The notes below the pieces were generated by a model. That model made no database searches. It had not been told where the DNA came from and saw only the letters and a program-made list of their open reading frames with translations. Positions 11,101 through 21,587 of a stretch of DNA of 64,000 bases are shown one piece after another (positions within the stretch are counted from its first letter, which is position 1; each line of letters starts with the position of its first letter). Source of the DNA: an uncultured Candidatus Poseidoniales archaeon (GTDB taxonomy: Archaea > Thermoplasmatota > Poseidoniia > Poseidoniales > Thalassarchaeaceae); NCBI GenBank assembly GCA_964576865.1, contig CAZNVK010000003.1:25245-89244 (forward strand), in the 5' to 3' direction. The position numbers and the translations under genes were made by a program.

Positions 11101-13834
11101 GCAATGGAGCGCCGCGGGCTCACTCTCCATCAACGGGGACGATATCACCATGCAAGGTGTTCCGGGCTCACGCGTAACGGGTACCCTCACACTCGAGTTG
11201 CCGGTTGACGCACCACCCGCCTTCCACGCCTTCGCAGACGCCAGCAGCATAGGAGCCGACCATTCACTTCGCCTCTCGGTCGAAGTCCTGCAGATCCACC
11301 GAGCCTCCCTGACACTAATCTCACCGACAGAATCACCACATCTAGTCGAGGTCGAGGAACCGATCCCAGCAACCGTCCGCCTCTATAACCCAGGAAATGG
11401 CGAAGACACCTATTCGATGTCATACAGCCTTCTGCTCGACGATAACCTAAGCGAAGACCCCGGTGTCCAAGTAACATTCAGCAGTGATACGATAACCCTG
11501 CAAGCAGGAAGCCTTCGCACCCTCCCAGTCGAAGTAATCCTACCCGATACCACACCCGCACGCACCCCCGTCAATATCGAGATCACTATGACCTCGAACG
11601 GCGACCAGAGCGTCACCTCCTCGATCACACTGACCCTCGAAGCCCGCCAAGACCACCGCTGGGAAATCGAACTCACCTACCAAGGCAGCGCGATACAAGA
11701 CAGGACCTTCGCAGTCAACCCCGGCGATTCCTTCATCGTCGACATCATAGCAACCAACGTCGGAAATCTCCACGATGATATCGAAATCGCCGGCACCGGA
11801 ACCCTCCAGCACGAGGGTTCCGACACTGCCTCTAATTGGGTAATCGTCGGCGGTAACGCGAGCTCGGTACCGGTAAACGACACAACCCAGCTACAACTCA
11901 TCATCGAAGTACCGTTAGAAGCATGGAACGGTACCACATTCGCCATCAGTGGAAGCGCGACCGCCTTCGACATCGAGGTAGCCAACTTCGCATTCACCAT
12001 CGAAGCAGCCCATATCTCGGGCTGGACCGCGGTCGCACAAGACGCAGATTTGGAGATCGACCCCGAAGGGTCGACAGTGACACTGACAGTTATTCAGCAG
12101 GGTAATTCTCCGACCCGGCCTTACGCGTCCGTGCACGTCACAGGGGAGAACGGGTGGGATGTCCAAGCACCTGCGGAACTACCGATTCTCGAACCAGGGC
12201 AAACTGCCCAACTCAACCTCGAAATCACGCCACCAGACACCGCAAGACACGGGCGGACCGTCGAACTTCACATAAAACTCAGAGAAGGGGATGGGAGCAG
12301 CGAGGCGACCATCACACTGCCGCTGCGAGTCGCCGTCATCCACGAATTCAGGCTCGAGGGAACTGGGAATTGGATAGTCTCGGATGATGGCGGGTTCCCT
12401 CACGCGGAATTGCGTAACCTCGGAAATGCACCCACGACGATTTCACTCGAAGTTCTGAGCCTGCCTCAGGGTTGGACGGTGAGCGGGCGAACCCAGGTAG
12501 TCATCGGGGTTGACGAGGTTACTGGAGTCCCTCTTGAGGTGATTCCAGCCGAGGATTGGGATGGAACTTCGCGGACTATTCGAATTCTTGCTCAGGACGA
12601 GGCTGGGAATCAAGAGGAGATTTCACTCGATACTCAATACGAGGACCACTCGTGGGCCTCGTCGCCTATCATCGTGGTTGTCGACGGGGATAGTGCCCTG
12701 CTCGACATCCACGGGACGTCGCCTGCTTCCGGTGTTGTGGATGATATGCAATCCAGCCTTGATTGGGATCTGCAAGGAGGCTGGGTCTGGCAGGCGACAT
12801 CGGGCGGAGTCGGCACCCAATTGACAGTGGATTCCGACTCCGTGCTACCTTACACGGCTTATGTCATCGAGCCATCGAGTCGTTATGCGACATGTACCAT
12901 CGATGGCTCGGCGGTTTCAGTGAATGCGCATTGCAGCGTGGGCAATGGCACTGAATCCTTCTCATTCACAATCATGTTGATCGATGATGAAGGATCGATG
13001 CTCGACAGTCATGACGGGGTTCTTGCAGCGAATACCACATCGGGGAGAATCAATCTCAGCGCAGCCGGATGGAATCCAAGTCCCGGAATGCGTGAATTGA
13101 CGATTCGACTGCTGGATTCACGCGGAGTTCTCGTCGCATCGGAGGAGACCTCTTTTGAGATTCGAAGAAGCGATTGGAATGTCGGCTTGGTCGGATTGGA
13201 GATAGAGGGCGAGGGGGCCTCGCAGAAAATCAAGGTCCTGACCAAAAGGGAGTATCACCATCTTCTGAGCGATGCTGATTGCAGCATCAGCGTCGTGGCT
13301 GGAGATCATAGCGCCAGCCATAGCATCGACGTCACCGGAATCTACCCACCCGAGCCGAAATTGGACCGACCGGATGTCGATGATGGAACCGAGATGATCG
13401 TGACCATTCAATGCCAATTCCCTTGGGATGAGGATTCCGACCCGAGTGATGATGAGGCTCGATTGATTCTCTCGGGAGGCTCGATTGGCACCGATGATGG
13501 CTTTGAGTGGGGCACGGCACTAGGCTCTGCCGGACTGATTATCGCGCTCGCGCTGACGCTGACTTGGATTCTGTACAACCAGCGCGAGCGAAAGCGACTC
13601 CTCGAGATGACTGAATCTGTTATCAAGCAGAAGAGCCGACGCAAAGCGACCGGTGAGAGCAAGTCTGACACTATGCTTGAACTACCTCCTCCAGCCGCCC
13701 CAGAAGGAGTTGGCGAAGATCCGGTCGCACCGCAAGATAGCCCTCCGGAACCGGTCGCTCCTGAGCCCGAGGAAGAGGTGGAAGAGCTCGATGAGTTCGA
13801 GAGCAGGTTCAAGCGTCTGACCGGCGGCGAGTGA
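8150..13834 (+). CDS. Giant cell-surface protein: FG-GAP/PQQ-like propeller, CARDB and NEW3/Ig-like domains, C-terminal TM anchor
   Basis: Signal peptide; repeated DLDDDG/DLDLDG/DIDGNG/DVDGD Ca-binding loops; CARDB (ENAGT...LDP.QNV.QSRYDND); repeated N.GN..D Ig motifs; TM helix then acidic Pro-rich tail. Confidence 0.88.
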   Translation: MGMRSAGFGAFEKRGAVLAVLSLLLLSMSPMLWGIEDSGDSLAGSQGDSAFTGVVEPWSDGDQPWPQPGRHAERTSNGPAHSPDGGAGTGAPADATELASVVDPVVNWVYGSYGIGTDALGTPVADLSAQIVTEEAAAERCGGDSLFTIIVQTVGVGGSDHSVMRIIEGEDADLAWEVDLGATEDVKASPVVVDLDDDGMQEVLVVYDAAGTMYVDAYSPRLHCSVTGWSAGGSKSGELLWTYSDDALRISSSDGPYTSSLFGGHKPTTQPLLADLDLDGDAELVLAAIDEISEDPVIVALPLGANGVPTPLWESTLQDGSHPSDPAFAQVDDETAYVLLTTTQASSGAMWVWKLDSTNGDQKWGGLSLNNIDGNSDVPHIRLPGPIVANLDSDASPEMIITIPTDADGSTTDDGAEYRGLEIDDGTAIWSFEAVNGYADAPPLAVDTDDDDVIDRVCWISWYQETTARHGHAGCHDVSGNNPQLEWHHDLEQSSGSPNDEIAVGQPIWMDIDGNGAPEMLVAYGRTLWAWDGDSGTQASINDNWNDEVEVDHRTWSSPALADVDGDATLDIILGDTVVSTALADVRPLLDGRAIEFNPSAPDPGEEVTVTAFFENAGTTEVDRAVDAVLYANGEVIARHRAESLEPTDPTGSAGFESFSVEWSGALGEHEFELVLDPYQNVTQSRYDNDGQVTTLTIVPPYNATFEMPTNPVRVNPGDSTIGQPTVRSTGRLAGVWSLSVDSSNLPTGWTWSDETPGGISGIEIATDSTWTPSLRIHAPTDAAGSDAGHLTLTLTLDEDANVSVTGVLPVEANRTRGLSIRGPSGTTTSTGYGLIGESAKAWLIVENLGNADENSISMFWDSTTWDSAENNLALHDEEGNEIPALGLDAGEQRIIIARLGVPSDANLGDSVSTPLTMCVGSGEEEACQTVQLQFTAAGVTTETDHQRSMPENTLEWTVTADLPTASGVLDWSINDAGMGIEDWQWSAAGSLSINGDDITMQGVPGSRVTGTLTLELPVDAPPAFHAFADASSIGADHSLRLSVEVLQIHRASLTLISPTESPHLVEVEEPIPATVRLYNPGNGEDTYSMSYSLLLDDNLSEDPGVQVTFSSDTITLQAGSLRTLPVEVILPDTTPARTPVNIEITMTSNGDQSVTSSITLTLEARQDHRWEIELTYQGSAIQDRTFAVNPGDSFIVDIIATNVGNLHDDIEIAGTGTLQHEGSDTASNWVIVGGNASSVPVNDTTQLQLIIEVPLEAWNGTTFAISGSATAFDIEVANFAFTIEAAHISGWTAVAQDADLEIDPEGSTVTLTVIQQGNSPTRPYASVHVTGENGWDVQAPAELPILEPGQTAQLNLEITPPDTARHGRTVELHIKLREGDGSSEATITLPLRVAVIHEFRLEGTGNWIVSDDGGFPHAELRNLGNAPTTISLEVLSLPQGWTVSGRTQVVIGVDEVTGVPLEVIPAEDWDGTSRTIRILAQDEAGNQEEISLDTQYEDHSWASSPIIVVVDGDSALLDIHGTSPASGVVDDMQSSLDWDLQGGWVWQATSGGVGTQLTVDSDSVLPYTAYVIEPSSRYATCTIDGSAVSVNAHCSVGNGTESFSFTIMLIDDEGSMLDSHDGVLAANTTSGRINLSAAGWNPSPGMRELTIRLLDSRGVLVASEETSFEIRRSDWNVGLVGLEIEGEGASQKIKVLTKREYHHLLSDADCSISVVAGDHSASHSIDVTGIYPPEPKLDRPDVDDGTEMIVTIQCQFPWDEDSDPSDDEARLILSGGSIGTDDGFEWGTALGSAGLIIALALTLTWILYNQRERKRLLEMTESVIKQKSRRKATGESKSDTMLELPPPAAPEGVGEDPVAPQDSPPEPVAPEPEEEVEELDEFESRFKRLTGGE

Positions 13835-13851
13835 CCGCCGGAGGTGGTCTG

Positions 13852-14475
13852 ATGAGCCGCTACATTCCCCCAAGTCCATTCTATACATTCGAGCCACTGC
13901 GCCACGATCCGTTGGAATTGATTCCACTGATTCAGGCATCGCAGGGAGGGGACCACTCGGAGATCAAGGGAATCGCGGGTGTTCCAGAACCAATTCTCAA
14001 TCTGGTCGATGGTGAGAAGCCGAATCTCGACACTGCGATGATGCTGTTTCTTTGCAGCGTCGCCTGGAAGAAAGACGGTGGGATGCCTGAGCCGCTAGAC
14101 AAAGGTGTGTCCCGTGAGCGGATTGGTCGCTTCCCGATTGAGGGTGGCGATGCCATCACCTACCTATTGGAGCATACCATTGAGAAGGCGGAGGATGGAT
14201 TGCACGATTTGCTGGCGAAATTGGTGCTCGGCTTGGATGAGGAATTCCTTGGAGAGGGTGGATTCTCTGGCGGAGCTGGTGGGCTCGAATTGTGTGGTTG
14301 GCTGGACCCCAAGGAAGTTCGCGGTTTGCGCCGTGCGATTCAACGCGGCAAGTGGGCTGTTGACCCCGAGGAGCCGCTGGATGGAGGGGTCGCTGATGCC
14401 TTTCGCCATCTGACGGTTATACTGCGTGGTGCGGAGAAGCGTGGCTGTGGCCTGTTGATGCGGCGTCACGCTTGA
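13852..14475 (+). CDS. Hypothetical protein, co-transcribed with the surface protein
   Basis: GGAGGTG SD before ATG 13852; protein-like composition; no recognised motif. Confidence 0.7.
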   Translation: MSRYIPPSPFYTFEPLRHDPLELIPLIQASQGGDHSEIKGIAGVPEPILNLVDGEKPNLDTAMMLFLCSVAWKKDGGMPEPLDKGVSRERIGRFPIEGGDAITYLLEHTIEKAEDGLHDLLAKLVLGLDEEFLGEGGFSGGAGGLELCGWLDPKEVRGLRRAIQRGKWAVDPEEPLDGGVADAFRHLTVILRGAEKRGCGLLMRRHA

Positions 14476-14514
14476 ACGGTTAGAGCGTTGGAGCGGCAGA
14501 TTTCGTCGCTTGGC

Positions 14515-15252
14515 TCAGATGAGTCGACGGGCGTGCAAGGCTTCGTAGATTGGGCGGACTTGGTCGAGGACAGATTGGTGCTCGGGGGGTAGTTCACCGA
14601 TTCGTGGTGTATATTCTGCGAAGCCGGTTGAAGCCCAGACCGCGTCGTACCAGTGTTCGGCCCAGATTCCATCGCAATCTTTGGGGCCGGGAGCCCAGCT
14701 GAGCATGGATTCGTCGAAGGGAATGCCGAGGTGTATGCAGACCTTGGTCAGCATACCCTTCGGGTCGAGCAGGATGTCTCGTGAATCGACGATGAGAATT
14801 TCTTGTCCCATCTCCTCGACCGTGGCGACCAGACGTGCTTGTTGAGGTAAGCCGGTCGCCCAGGCATCGACCGCGTCGGTCTTCTTGGCGAGTGAAAGTA
14901 AGACCTCACGCGGGTCTCGGATTAGGAAGCAATTGTCGAAGCCATGCAGCCAATCGAGGCCGATGCCTTCGATCATGTGGTGACACATGTGTTTCTGATA
15001 CCATACGGGCGAGCCATCCGGTACATCGCCTGATAGATGCCCGGCTACGGCTCGCCAATCGGTCTCGCCCTCGGCGATGACCGCCTCGGCGACGGGATGT
15101 TCGATTTCTGTCGCCGCCAAATAATGCGCATAAAACGGCTCATCGCTGGCAAAGCAATCCGGCCGACTATCGAATGAATACATCATAGCAGTCGAAATGT
15201 TTCGCGGACCGGACCACATGGCGATTCGCTTGACAGGGCCGCCGGCCGCCAT
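14515..15252 (-). CDS. Sulfotransferase-like P-loop protein (aminotransferase-IV-associated type)
   Basis: RIAMWSGPRNISTA, DEPFY, YQKHM.HH, FLIRDP..VL.S, ML.W..G motifs. Confidence 0.85.
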   Translation of the reverse strand: MAAGGPVKRIAMWSGPRNISTAMMYSFDSRPDCFASDEPFYAHYLAATEIEHPVAEAVIAEGETDWRAVAGHLSGDVPDGSPVWYQKHMCHHMIEGIGLDWLHGFDNCFLIRDPREVLLSLAKKTDAVDAWATGLPQQARLVATVEEMGQEILIVDSRDILLDPKGMLTKVCIHLGIPFDESMLSWAPGPKDCDGIWAEHWYDAVWASTGFAEYTPRIGELPPEHQSVLDQVRPIYEALHARRLI

Positions 15253-15253
15253 C

Positions 15254-16162
15254 TCAAGCACCTGCTTCACGCCGGACCAAATCGATGTAGAGATTCTGTA
15301 AGCGCTCGGCCATCGGGCCTCGCGCGCCCCCGCTCATCAGCTCACCATCGTACTCGACGACCGGTGTCAAACCTGCAAAAGTCCCAGTCACAAAAGCCTC
15401 GTCTGCCGTGCGTACGTGCTCTGTGGTGAAGTCGCGCTCGAAGGAAGGGATTCCGTTCGTTTCGCATAAATCGAGGATTTTTCGACGGGTGATTCCGTCG
15501 AGGCAGTATTCACCCGTCGAGGTCCAAACCTCACCATTTCTGACGATGAAGAAATGTGTCGAATTGCAGGTGGCGACATTTCCGTTGGGGTCCAGCATGA
15601 GGCCTTCATCGCCACCCTTGCGGCCAGCGTCGAGGCAGCCTGCGATGCAATTGTGCTTGGACAGGCTGTTGATTCGCGGGTCTTGAGCGTTCTGCGGTCC
15701 GCGAATAATGTCGACGGTGACTAATCTGATGCCGTCGATGGCGCGCTGAGGATTGGCCTTCTTGTGCTCGGGGATGATGACGATGGTCGGCGGACCTGCG
15801 ACAACCCAAGGTGCTTGGTAAGGCGTAGGCTTGAGCCCGCGCGTGACGATCAGCCGAATGTGGACTTGGTCGTGCATCTCATTGGCCTCGACGACTTCAC
15901 CGATTCTCGCGAGCATCGCCTCGCGCGAAATCGGAATCTCCATGCCGATGACCTCCGCGCCGTGCCAAAGCCGTTCGAGATGGTCATCTATGAAGACGAG
16001 AACGCCCTCGTGAAGCCGGAAAGCCTCCCAGACCCCATCGCCCAGCAAAAAGCCGGCGTCCATCACCGAGACCTTGGCCTCGGGACGCCGAACCAACTCG
16101 CCGTCTATCGAAATCAACACATTGGCGTTGCGAGGATCATCGACATACTCGTGAGTACCCAC
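15254..16162 (-). CDS. PLP-dependent aminotransferase class IV (BCAT/DAAT-like)
   Basis: GFLLGDGVWE, HLERL, LDGITR, ADEAFVTGTFAG motifs. Confidence 0.92.
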   Translation of the reverse strand: MGTHEYVDDPRNANVLISIDGELVRRPEAKVSVMDAGFLLGDGVWEAFRLHEGVLVFIDDHLERLWHGAEVIGMEIPISREAMLARIGEVVEANEMHDQVHIRLIVTRGLKPTPYQAPWVVAGPPTIVIIPEHKKANPQRAIDGIRLVTVDIIRGPQNAQDPRINSLSKHNCIAGCLDAGRKGGDEGLMLDPNGNVATCNSTHFFIVRNGEVWTSTGEYCLDGITRRKILDLCETNGIPSFERDFTTEHVRTADEAFVTGTFAGLTPVVEYDGELMSGGARGPMAERLQNLYIDLVRREAGA

Positions 16163-16188
16163 GACCGACCCTCGAGGCTAACCACACT

Positions 16189-17100
16189 TCAGAATGACTG
16201 ACCGGTCAGCCGCTCGTACATATCGGCGTATAGAGTCGCAGTCTGGTCGATAATCTCCTGCGGGAGAGCAGGAATCGGCGGCTCCTCAGTACCGTTCTGG
16301 CGAGCCTCGTACAACTCGGTGTGATGACCGGTTCCGAGATAGTGCCCGCGAACGAATTCCTTCGACAACTGGACAATCTCGCCATTTGCGTACGACTCAG
16401 CATCCCACCAGCGGTCCTCATCGAGAGTACCGAATGAGTCCACCAAGACAGGCTTGCGTCCAACGCCGAGCGCGAATTCCTTCTTGCCATCGACGTGAAT
16501 CAAGCCGCGGGCAGCAGCCTCGCGCTCAATGATCTCATCAACCTCAACAGCAATCCTGCAAATCGCATCAAACTCCTCACCGGTCAAATTCGAAATCTCA
16601 AGAGCCTCTTCGCGGTCGAGCAATCGGTCGAACTTCTCGAACTTCGTCGAGACCTCAACATAAGGCGCGGGCAACTTGACACCCTCTTCTAGCACAGTGC
16701 CCGGCTCGAACCCGAACTCCTCCGCCCCAGCATCACCACGCTTGTACCGGCGCCATCCGCTACCAGCCAGATAGTGCCGACAAATGACCTCGAGGGGAAC
16801 GAATACATTCTCGCGATCCCTCGCGATCGCGCCCGGCTCGCGCACAACATCGAATCTCCTCGCACGAACGCGATCGGGCGCGTTCATCTCGATTACATGC
16901 GTATCACAGATGCCCGCTTCCTCAACCAGCTTGAACCAGTGGCAGGAGGTGCGGTTTAACGACTCACCTTTGCGGGGGATGAGGCTAGGGATGATTTGGT
17001 CGAAAACACTGATCTGGTCAGTATACCGAAATTCGATGACATCGGGGTCCTCCGTGCTCCAAACCTGCTTCACCTTGCCATGGTAGATCATCTCGCCCAT
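16189..17100 (-). CDS. purC: SAICAR synthase
   Basis: GKVKQV, DQISVFD, KGESLN, PLEVICRHYLAGS, DGKKEF, DEDRWW, SKEFVR; start reset to ATG 17100. Confidence 0.95.
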   Translation of the reverse strand: MGEMIYHGKVKQVWSTEDPDVIEFRYTDQISVFDQIIPSLIPRKGESLNRTSCHWFKLVEEAGICDTHVIEMNAPDRVRARRFDVVREPGAIARDRENVFVPLEVICRHYLAGSGWRRYKRGDAGAEEFGFEPGTVLEEGVKLPAPYVEVSTKFEKFDRLLDREEALEISNLTGEEFDAICRIAVEVDEIIEREAAARGLIHVDGKKEFALGVGRKPVLVDSFGTLDEDRWWDAESYANGEIVQLSKEFVRGHYLGTGHHTELYEARQNGTEEPPIPALPQEIIDQTATLYADMYERLTGQSF

Positions 17101-17257
17101 ATCGCGGGTGCCTGCGCGAGTCGCCGATGAACATTGCTGATGGAAATCCTCGGTTTCGCAGTGAGTTTTCGACCCCTGTGGGTGGAACTGATGCAAGAGG
17201 GGTCGGGACTATATTCTGCATGCTTTTCGCTCGCGCGTGAAGGCTGCGCAACCCGGT

Positions 17258-19291
17258 ATGGAGAGGATATTCTCCTGGTCTGCTCTCGATGAGAGATCGC
17301 GGGTTGCGTTGATTGTGATGTTCGTCTTGGCGGTCTCGATCGCACCGACGGTCGGTCAGAGCGTCGAGACCGGTTGGGTCAGCGTTGAGAGCGGTACGGA
17401 GGCCGATCTCAACGCTGCTGAGGTACACGGAGATTCTGTTTGGGCATTCGGTGATGGAGGAGTCACTCTGGTCAGTGAAGATGGAGGGTTGACTTGGGCG
17501 AGCCATGGAACGCTCGGTGTATCCGACCTCATCGCAGCCGATTCCTATGCTGACTCGATGGCCGTCCTAGCGAGTGATGGGAGCGTTCATCTCAAGGTCG
17601 GAATCGAGGGGGAATGGCAGGCATTGGATTCGGGCGCTTCAGGCATGCGAAGCCTGGCTGTAACCGGTAGTGAATCACTCATACTCGTGGGCGATGCCGG
17701 AATCATTCTTGAGTATGATTCCGGAACTTGGGACGATAGAACCAGTTCCTTCATCGAAGACCTCAACGATGTCTCTTTCTACGATGAAAACGATGGATTC
17801 GCAGTTGGAGATTCTGGTACGATTCTCGCCACGACAGACGGAGGGGCGACTTGGGATTATCGTGAAGCGCCAGCTGAGGCTCAAGACGCTGCGCTTGTTT
17901 CTATGGAGTTCTTCAATCCCTACAGGATGTTCGCAATAAGCGATTCAGGTCAGATTCTATACTCCACATCTTCAGGAGGACATGAATGGAACCTCAGAGA
18001 AATCGAATCCGAGGGATACAGCACGACACTGGGAATCGAACTCAGCTCCATCGACGTTGTTTCCGCATCGAAAATCCTCTTCGCCGGTCCAGACGGATTC
18101 CTCGGACTTAGTACCGACCAAGGTCTCAACGTCGAGGAAAACTTGCTTCCTGAGGGAGTTAGCGGTTCATTCAACGACCACGCAATGATCGACCATTTGA
18201 GAGGAGTGGTCGTCGGTGATGGTGGAGTAATTCTCTACACGACATCCTCCGGTGAGAATGAGTTAGTCGGATTCGAAATTCCGGATTACAATAACTTCGG
18301 AGAATTCGTCGAGTATGCCGATGAGATGCTGCTCGGTGGATTCATTGCCACCGTCAAAATCGTCCTCTTCGGTATCCTCTTCGGATTCGTCATCGGAGTT
18401 CTCTTGGCGATGATGAAAACTGCGCCGACCTCATTCAAGAATATCTTCGAGCGCGCACCACTACAGGCGGTGAAAGGAATCGGCGGGAGCCTAATTCTCC
18501 TCGGAGCATGGTTGAGTTATAGTGGTGCGAGCCGATTTGGCGAACTCGGACTCTCGGGTTTGCAGTACATCTTCACTCCAGTTGGAGACCCGCGGGGTTT
18601 CGCGATGTTCGCCCTAGGTTTGGGTCTCTTCGCCCTAGGTGTGCAATTCATCAGAGCGGATGTCAAACTCAGCGGTCCTCTGTTCAAAGTCCGACCGCTG
18701 AACACCCTTGCAACGGTTTACACCGATTTCTTCCGTAATACTCCGCTAATCGTCCAATTCATGTTCATTCACTTCGGATTGAGCCTGGGCATGAGGATCC
18801 AGCAATTGTTGGAGGGCACCTTCGGCGATACTGGCACCGATGGCTTGGATTACTTCATCTACGGAGAGAGGACCTTCCTGAGCGCGATTTTTGCTCTCGG
18901 ACTTAACTCGGGCGCCTATCAGTGCGAGACAATCCGAGGTGCCATCTCAGCGATTCCCAGCGGACAGATGGAAGCTGGACGAAGCATCGGTCTGACGTAT
19001 CTGGGAACCATGCAATTGGTTATCATGCCTCAAGCGATTCGAATCTGTATTCCACCGATCGGCAATGAGATGGTCAATCTCGTCCTCAACTCGTCACTGG
19101 CGATGGTCATCGGCTATTCTGAGTTATCTCGTCAGGGTCGATTGATGATTGCAACGACCTTCCAGATATTCTACGCTTGGGGATTGGTGATGATCTCGTA
19201 TTTCGTCGTGACTTGGACATTGGCTCTGCTCTTGCGGCGTTTGGAAGATTGGTCTCGCATCCCTGGACTGGGAATATCGGGGGGTGCATGA
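17258..19291 (+). CDS. Polar amino-acid ABC permease fused to an N-terminal YCF48-like (Asp-box) beta-propeller
   Basis: Signal/TM helix; repeats A(V/F)GD.G.IL and SEDGGLTW/TTDGGATW; C-terminal HisM/GlnP motifs FRNTPLIVQ, AYQCETIRG, GQMEAGRSIG, PQA..I.IPP..NE. Confidence 0.9.
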   Translation: MERIFSWSALDERSRVALIVMFVLAVSIAPTVGQSVETGWVSVESGTEADLNAAEVHGDSVWAFGDGGVTLVSEDGGLTWASHGTLGVSDLIAADSYADSMAVLASDGSVHLKVGIEGEWQALDSGASGMRSLAVTGSESLILVGDAGIILEYDSGTWDDRTSSFIEDLNDVSFYDENDGFAVGDSGTILATTDGGATWDYREAPAEAQDAALVSMEFFNPYRMFAISDSGQILYSTSSGGHEWNLREIESEGYSTTLGIELSSIDVVSASKILFAGPDGFLGLSTDQGLNVEENLLPEGVSGSFNDHAMIDHLRGVVVGDGGVILYTTSSGENELVGFEIPDYNNFGEFVEYADEMLLGGFIATVKIVLFGILFGFVIGVLLAMMKTAPTSFKNIFERAPLQAVKGIGGSLILLGAWLSYSGASRFGELGLSGLQYIFTPVGDPRGFAMFALGLGLFALGVQFIRADVKLSGPLFKVRPLNTLATVYTDFFRNTPLIVQFMFIHFGLSLGMRIQQLLEGTFGDTGTDGLDYFIYGERTFLSAIFALGLNSGAYQCETIRGAISAIPSGQMEAGRSIGLTYLGTMQLVIMPQAIRICIPPIGNEMVNLVLNSSLAMVIGYSELSRQGRLMIATTFQIFYAWGLVMISYFVVTWTLALLLRRLEDWSRIPGLGISGGA

Positions 19292-20035
19292 ATGTCACAA
19301 CCGGTTCTTTCGATTACCGAATTGCACAAGATCTACCCCGGTGGGGTCCACGCGGTTCGTGGAGTTTCCTTTGAGGTGAATGAGGGGGAGTCGGTTGCGA
19401 TTATCGGCTCGTCAGGTTCAGGAAAATCGACCGTGCTTCGCTGCATTAATCGGCTGATCGAGCCGACAGAAGGGGTGATTTCTCTTCGCGGAGAGCAGAT
19501 CAACACCCCGAGCGCGAATGTGAATGAGGTTCGAAGTCGGATTGGTATGGTCTTCCAATCCTTCGAATTATTCGCGCATCTGAAGGTGCTTGACAATGTG
19601 ACTCTCGGTTTGCGCCACGTGCGAGGGATGAGTAGGGCGGTGGCTGAGGAGGTTGCTCTCGAAGTGCTTGAGCGGGTCGATATGCTGGATCGCGTGCACG
19701 CCTATCCGGGGAATTTGTCGGGTGGGCAGAAGCAGCGCGTGGCGATCGCGAGGGCGCTGGCGATGAAGCCTGAGGTGATTCTGTTCGATGAGCCGACAAG
19801 CGCCCTCGACCCCGAATTGATCGGTTCTGTGTTGCAGACGATTCGTGGTTTGGCCGACGAGGGGATGACGATGGTCATCGTTACTCACGAGATCAATTTC
19901 GCGCGGGATGTGGCTGATCGAATCGTCTACATGGACAAGGGTCAGGTTGCCGAGGAGGGGCCTTCGGACATCATCAACAATCCGAAGAGCGAGCGATTGA
20001 CGAAGTTCCTCTCCTCGATGAATGAAGAGCACTGA
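19292..20035 (+). CDS. Polar amino-acid ABC transporter ATP-binding protein (GlnQ-like)
   Basis: GSSGSGKST, MVFQSF.LF, LSGGQKQR, FDEPTSALDPE, VTHE. Confidence 0.96.
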   Translation: MSQPVLSITELHKIYPGGVHAVRGVSFEVNEGESVAIIGSSGSGKSTVLRCINRLIEPTEGVISLRGEQINTPSANVNEVRSRIGMVFQSFELFAHLKVLDNVTLGLRHVRGMSRAVAEEVALEVLERVDMLDRVHAYPGNLSGGQKQRVAIARALAMKPEVILFDEPTSALDPELIGSVLQTIRGLADEGMTMVIVTHEINFARDVADRIVYMDKGQVAEEGPSDIINNPKSERLTKFLSSMNEEH

Positions 20036-20084
20036 GGCTCTCACTGAGGCTCTTCTTCACGTGAAATTCGGTCGGATTCGCCGA

Positions 20085-21560
<1,476 letters not shown>

Positions 21561-21587
21561 TCATTCCTCCGAAATTCACGCTCGTTG

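Noticed and set aside
20030-20053. 12-bp tandem duplication cactgaggctct x2 at the ATPase stop
   Set aside because: Likely simple slippage; no element between the copies
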